Source: a virus (taxonomy: Duplodnaviria; Caudoviricetes). From it: 64,000 bases of DNA. Where the stretch lies: positions 115,986-179,985 of the IMG/VR virus record IMGVR_UViG_3300030330_006573; one strand, given 5' to 3'. Position 1 is the stretch's first letter, and each line of letters opens with the position of its first letter. Positions 58,974-64,000 of this stretch are shown here, piece by piece. The position numbers and the translations under genes are program-made. The notes beneath the pieces are model-generated. The model had not been told where the DNA came from, ran no database searches, and saw only the letters and a program-made list of their open reading frames with translations.

Positions 58974-59253
58974 AACAATGAGTGAAATAATGGATGATTA
59001 TGATGCAGGGTTCAAAAAAGGTCAGCATGACCTTAATCGCATTGTGGCATTAAAGGAAGATTTAGCCTATGAGAAAGGCTTGCTTGATGGATATACCAAG
59101 TCAATCGTACTTATTAGGAATCTGCAAAGATCAGATCGTAGAAGTTTAGAAATTGCAGTAGTTAGGCAAATGCTAGAACAAGCAATGGAATTAATTGCAG
59201 AAAAAATAGATACAAACAACAATGAGTGAAATAATGGATGATTATGATGCAGG
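58974..59253 (+). repeat. 36-bp exact direct repeat at the starts of two adjacent genes
   Basis: AACAATGAGTGAAATAATGGATGATTATGATGCAGG at 58974-59009 and 59218-59253. Confidence 0.93.
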
Positions 59254-60089
59254 TTTTGTTGATGGTCAAAAACTTGTGCAAAAAGAATTAGATAAACTAA
59301 GAAATTTAAGAGCAGTTACTACTGAAGACATTAGAAAAGAAGAGTTATTAAATAATTGCATGAATAATCAAAAAGTTTTTGATGAAGATGGCAAATTTAT
59401 TCCTTACTCTACGATAGTAAACACTATCGAAGAACATAAAACGTTATGCAAACATTATGCTGACAGGCAAATAAAAAGAGAGAGTAATAGCGAAGATTCC
59501 ATTGACGTTATTGAAAAATTAAGAGAGGAAAAGAAAGCTGAAAGGGAAGCCTTAATTGATCAAATAGTGGAGTATAATATTAATAACGGAACAAAGGTTG
59601 TATTTCTTGAACCTAGAGATATGTACGATCATGCGATTCATGGATATAGCAGAGAAGGCAGAGTTATTTATTCGTACAATGAAATAATTCAATCTCATGT
59701 TGTCGATGATGGGATGACACATGAAGAAGCAATCGAATGGGTTGAGTTTAATACTTTTGGAACTTTTGACCACATGAGTAATGTGGATTGGATAAAAGAT
59801 AATCCCCAAAAAAATCCTCCAATCTTCATGTACGAAGACTAGAATCTTAAAAAGTTTGCATTTTTTTCTTTTCTTTTTCTTGTAGTGCTTCATAATAGGA
59901 CTATGGTAGTCAATTCCGACTGCCTTAACGAAAGGTTCTATGAACACATTATTACTGAAGATCATCGAGAATATAGTCGAAGAGTTAGAAAACAAACAAG
60001 ATAAGACTATCCAAGATATAGAGTTAATCAATGAATTGTCAAATATAGCATTGAAAATCATTGATAATTAATAAAATTTTAAAAAATTC

Positions 60090-60118
60090 TTGACAATGTT
60101 AAAAAAATATGCGAAGGT
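60090..60118 (+). promoter_or_regulatory. sigma70 promoter, leaderless
   Basis: TTGACA-17-GAAGGT-6-ATG(60125). Confidence 0.75.
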
Positions 60119-60717
60119 CAAGGTATGCAAGTAATATCAAAAACAATAATCGGAACAATAGAATGGTCAGAAGGTAAGACTAAAAAAGAATTATCTAAAC
60201 AAACATTTTGGTCTAGCTCAAAAGATTGTAGTGGACTTAGTGGTCTTGAAGTTAAGGCTTATACTTTTAATAACCATGTTGGTTGCACCGCAATTACAAG
60301 TCAAGGAAGGAGTCACAATAAGTTTTTTCAGATTCCTGTTGACAAAATCGAAGACTTCTGTCATGCTCTGATGGAAGCTAAGAAATTTATAGAGATCAGT
60401 AAAAATGAAAATGAATAAATACGAAGAAGCGCAAAAAATAGATAGTCTGTTTGAAGTTGAAAGTGGATTAGATACTCGCCTTTTTGAGTTGGCAGGTTAT
60501 CCTCTCATTGAAGACATTGTAGAACAAATGTTTCAATTAAAAGATAAGATGAACAAGAGACTCAATGACAGAGCAAAACTCTTAGGTATAGGTGGAGAGT
60601 TTGGAATTGTTCCGCCCGATACATCTCATTTAAATAATGATGACTTTGGTGCATTCATCAGAGGTGAAATGACAAAAGAAGAAGTAGAACAAAAAAGAAA
60701 ATAAAATTATGAATTAC

Positions 60718-60746
60718 TTGACAAGATAAAAAATATTTGCTAAGGT
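60718..60746 (+). promoter_or_regulatory. sigma70 promoter, leaderless
   Basis: TTGACA-17-TAAGGT-6-ATG(60753). Confidence 0.8.
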
Positions 60747-62614
60747 ACGAAAATGAGAGTAAGAAAAGTTTGGAATATTGAACCACAAAAAATGCTAGAC
60801 TATGTTCTTGAGGCAGACAAGTCAAATGGTTTGCACAAAGAAGAAGATTATAGTCCCACATTTTATATTGGCAAGCCTTTAGAATATATTCGTGAAGTTT
60901 ACGAACAATATAATGGTCTTGAATCTTTGACTGAAGAAGAACAAATAGAATATGGATATTATAGATTGGAGATGAGATGATGAGTGTTTGGGGTAAAAAT
61001 TTATTCACAGGAGAAGATATAAATGATGAAGAAAGTTGGATTAAATATCTCACTACAATGATTGGATCAGTAAAAAATCAACTTGAACACGAATTAGATA
61101 GACCTGTTAGCTTTAGAGAAGCAATGGTAGAGATGAAATTAGAGCAAAAAATTATTGATGGACTTTCTGCTAGATATAATATTGATGATAATAGTAAATA
61201 CGAACTACCAAAATTAAATGATGAATAAAGAAATTATAGGAGACGATTACCCAACTTACGAAGAGTCTGTAAACCTTAGTCTTGCAGAGCAAGCTAGAGT
61301 TAGAACGGAAGATATGGAAAAGTTGAGGGAAGAAGAAAAGGATGTGACTAAAAGCAATCTCGAAAGATTGATGCAAGAAAACTTTGAGCTTAAACATCGC
61401 TTGTCTTGTATTGAAGGTGATCTTGAAATTATTGAAAACCATATTTGTCGATATGACAAAGACTATATTTTCAAAAAACCAAGTCTCAATCCCGATGGTA
61501 GTGTTAATGCAGATGAAGCATGGCACAATATTACTAACATAGAAATTGCTTGCGATTTAAATAGTGATGAAGCACTAGAATGGACTAGTGATGTTAACAG
61601 AGTATGAACATTGATTATAAATTACTAGAAGAACAAAGGAATCACTTGTTATCTATCTTATGGCATGATGATAAGGGTGAAGGCATTCATGGAATACTTG
61701 ACGAAGAAATAGGTTGGGGAATTATACATTTACTAGATGCTTTATTAGATGAACACGTTAAAACTAAGGAATAATATGGAAAAGAAATTTTATGAAGTAG
61801 AGTTTTCAAGTACAACTTATCGTACTTATGAAGTAGAAGCAGAATCTAAAGAAGAGGCAGAAGAGATTGCTAGTGACGATATGTACAATGATTGCGAGGT
61901 TGGTGAAGCATGGAAAGAGGGTGCAGACGTTACCGAAATAAAGGAATTAGATTAATGAAAAATTATGCAGTAGGAATTAAAGTATATAATACTTTTTATG
62001 TTGAAGCTGAATCAGAAGAGGAAGCTGAACAAAAGGTAAGAGAACTTAGTATTGAATCAACTCTTAGAGATTGTGATTTTAATATTGAATATGTAGATGA
62101 ATATCAAGCGGGGGAAGAGTGTTGGAAGTTGACAGAAGAAGATTTGTGTGTTAAAGATGGGGATTACTCAATTTTTATTAAAAACAAATCAAATGAATAA
62201 AAAAGCTATGGAAGGTCTAAAACAAGAACAGGCAAATATTGATAGAATTTACGAAATTAAAAAAGAAATTCGTCATCTTGAAATAGAATTAGATTATATT
62301 GAGGATACCGATAGTTATAACTTTAAATATATAAGCTATTTGGAATCAAAGATAGATAACTTGTATGAGGAAATGGATAAATTAAATAAACAATGAGAAT
62401 TAGTGCTAGACAATTAAGAGAAGGAGAGCCAACTATTGACGATATGCGTCGTGATTTGGCAGAAGCAGAAACAGATACTTTACTAGACAATGCCTCTGAC
62501 ATCACAGAATTGCTTTTAGATGGGTTTGTTGGGCTTAACGAAACTCCCGACATCGAAATAAAGGATGAGTGGAATCAAATCTTTGGAGAAGATTAAAAAA
62601 GTTTTAAAAAATTC

Positions 62615-62643
62615 TTGACAGGTTAAATATATTTTGTTAAGGT
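62615..62643 (+). promoter_or_regulatory. sigma70 promoter, leaderless
   Basis: TTGACA-17-TAAGGT-6-ATG(62650). Confidence 0.8.
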
Positions 62644-64000
62644 GACGACATGAATTTCAGAGAGGCAATAGAAATTGTATTAGATGAAGCAGAAGTTTCT
62701 GCGATAGGAGAATCAACTGACGAAAATCTAAAAGTGCTAGATGCTTGCAAAATAGTAGAACAATTTGTACGTTGGTTGCCTCAAGATTTTACAAATGACA
62801 AAGCGCCATTGAATTTCAAGCAAATCAAATATACTGACTTTTACAATGACGAAGAGAAGATGAGAGATTTCAATCAGTTGAGTAAGGATGATTTCTTAAA
62901 AAGTTATTCTTATCTTACTGAAGAAGAATACAATTTAACTAGACTAAAATGGAGAATGGATAACTAAAATAGAAAGCAAAAATTATGAAGAATTATTTCA
63001 CAGATGTAAGAGTAGAGCATAGAGGCATTGGACATTATCCAATTCGTTGGAATCGTTGGAGTCCCGACTCAATCATATTCAAGAGTAATAGATTGGTTAA
63101 GAAAATCATGCCCGAAAATAATATTCTAAGTTATACAAGTAAAGGTGATCGTGACAACAAAAGTTGCGAGAAATTGGGTTGCAAATTGTTGCAACAATCC
63201 ACTTACAATAATCAATTTTATAATTATTATAGTAGAGATAAATATACCGCAGTTCATGTTCAGCTTAAAGATTTGAAATTAGATTACGTTAGTGCAAATG
63301 TAGATTTTATAGATTACAATCCTAATAATAATGTTGATAGTGTTGGAAATCAAATGGGTCGCATCGACATTCTTACTTATATAAATAGTATGCACAATCC
63401 TTGGACTTATTCAAGATGCCCTCAAACTAATCAATTTATAAAAAAGCCAAATCCTAATACTGCGCCAATGGAAGAAGGTTATCGCATGGCGTATGGTGGA
63501 CAAGGTGAAGGAAATATGTTGGGCATGAATGATTGGGATGAGTATCTTGACATTTGTAAAGCAATCAGAATGTTCTTGTATGAGGTTGTAACTCCCGCAA
63601 AGAGAGGTGAGTTTGACTACTCTCAGTTAGAAGACTTGATGGTAGCATGAAACAAGCAGAAATAAATAAAGAAGATGTTTCGCTAGAAGAAATAACCTTA
63701 CAAGGAATCATTAGTTCTTGCGAGAATTTGCTTGACGATCTTGAAGAAGGTGCTAGTATCAATGATGAAGATATGAAATATCTTACCTATACGGATAATA
63801 TGATTACGGAAATTCAACAAAGGGTATCTAAACAAATAACTCCATCAAATATTGAAGGGGGTTTCTATCCGTCAATGAGTGATAGAGTTTATTGCGATGA
63901 TGAACATGGAAATTCTATATAATTTACCTCAAGCATTCTACTTGACAAATGTTTTCCTTGGTTGCATTTTGTTCTTGCTTTTTGTTCTCTTTATTGTTAA

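Larger units (their letters stand above)
58009..63922 (+). other. Array of small early-type hypothetical genes, including DpnD/PcfM-like ORFs at 58009, 61776 and 61955
   Basis: Short coupled ORFs behind repeated TTGACA promoters; Y.V......V.A....A motif. Confidence 0.75.

Noticed and set aside
58974-59253. 36-bp repeat as a mini-CRISPR
   Set aside because: Only two copies, separated by 208 nt of coding sequence, and both encode protein starts.
59552-61526. Longer minus-strand ORFs (59552, 60658, 61170)
   Set aside because: They overlap better-supported + strand genes and have the Phe/Ile/Ser-rich composition typical of antisense to A-rich coding DNA.
1-64000. Stop-codon reassignment
   Set aside because: Conserved genes are full length in the standard code, all three stops end genes (TAG ends dnaE and dnaB), and no suppressor tRNA is present.
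1-64000. Cellular chromosome or prophage
   Set aside because: No rRNA, ribosomal-protein or integrase genes; divergent replication genes and arrays of tiny ORFs fit a large lytic phage. No capsid or terminase gene is in the window, so this remains inference.

Overview
AT-rich, densely coding, almost entirely + strand segment of a large lytic dsDNA phage. The host is probably a diderm PVC (Verrucomicrobiota-like) bacterium, inferred from an SHD1-like domain, the ClpC N-terminus and a beta-barrel OMP. The window opens inside a Cys-rich, Pro/Thr-rich fibre-like gene. Positions ~3-29 kb hold a replication/recombination module (RecA, DnaB, primase, PD-(D/E)XK nucleases, a DnaE split into PHP and polymerase genes, a DnaQ-like exonuclease, SSB-like and annealase-like genes), interleaved with five glycosyltransferase genes, GMP reductase and ClpC. 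Positions 33.9-41.1 kb hold three two-gene modules that share an unnamed N-terminal domain; the partner gene is an HTH-HNH nuclease once and a sigma70-like factor twice. This is the best candidate for an undescribed system. Downstream are a complete tmRNA, auxiliary genes (PPase, SpeD, ATE/Bpt-like transferase, PAP2, SET, RuvB, UvsE, macrodomain, P-loop kinase), three tRNAs and many small early-type ORFs. Two promoter classes are visible: sigma70 promoters whose start codon lies exactly 35 nt after the -35 box (leaderless mRNAs), and a GTGTA(A/T) motif, often about 9 nt before start codons. All family assignments come from motif recognition by eye, not from database searches.
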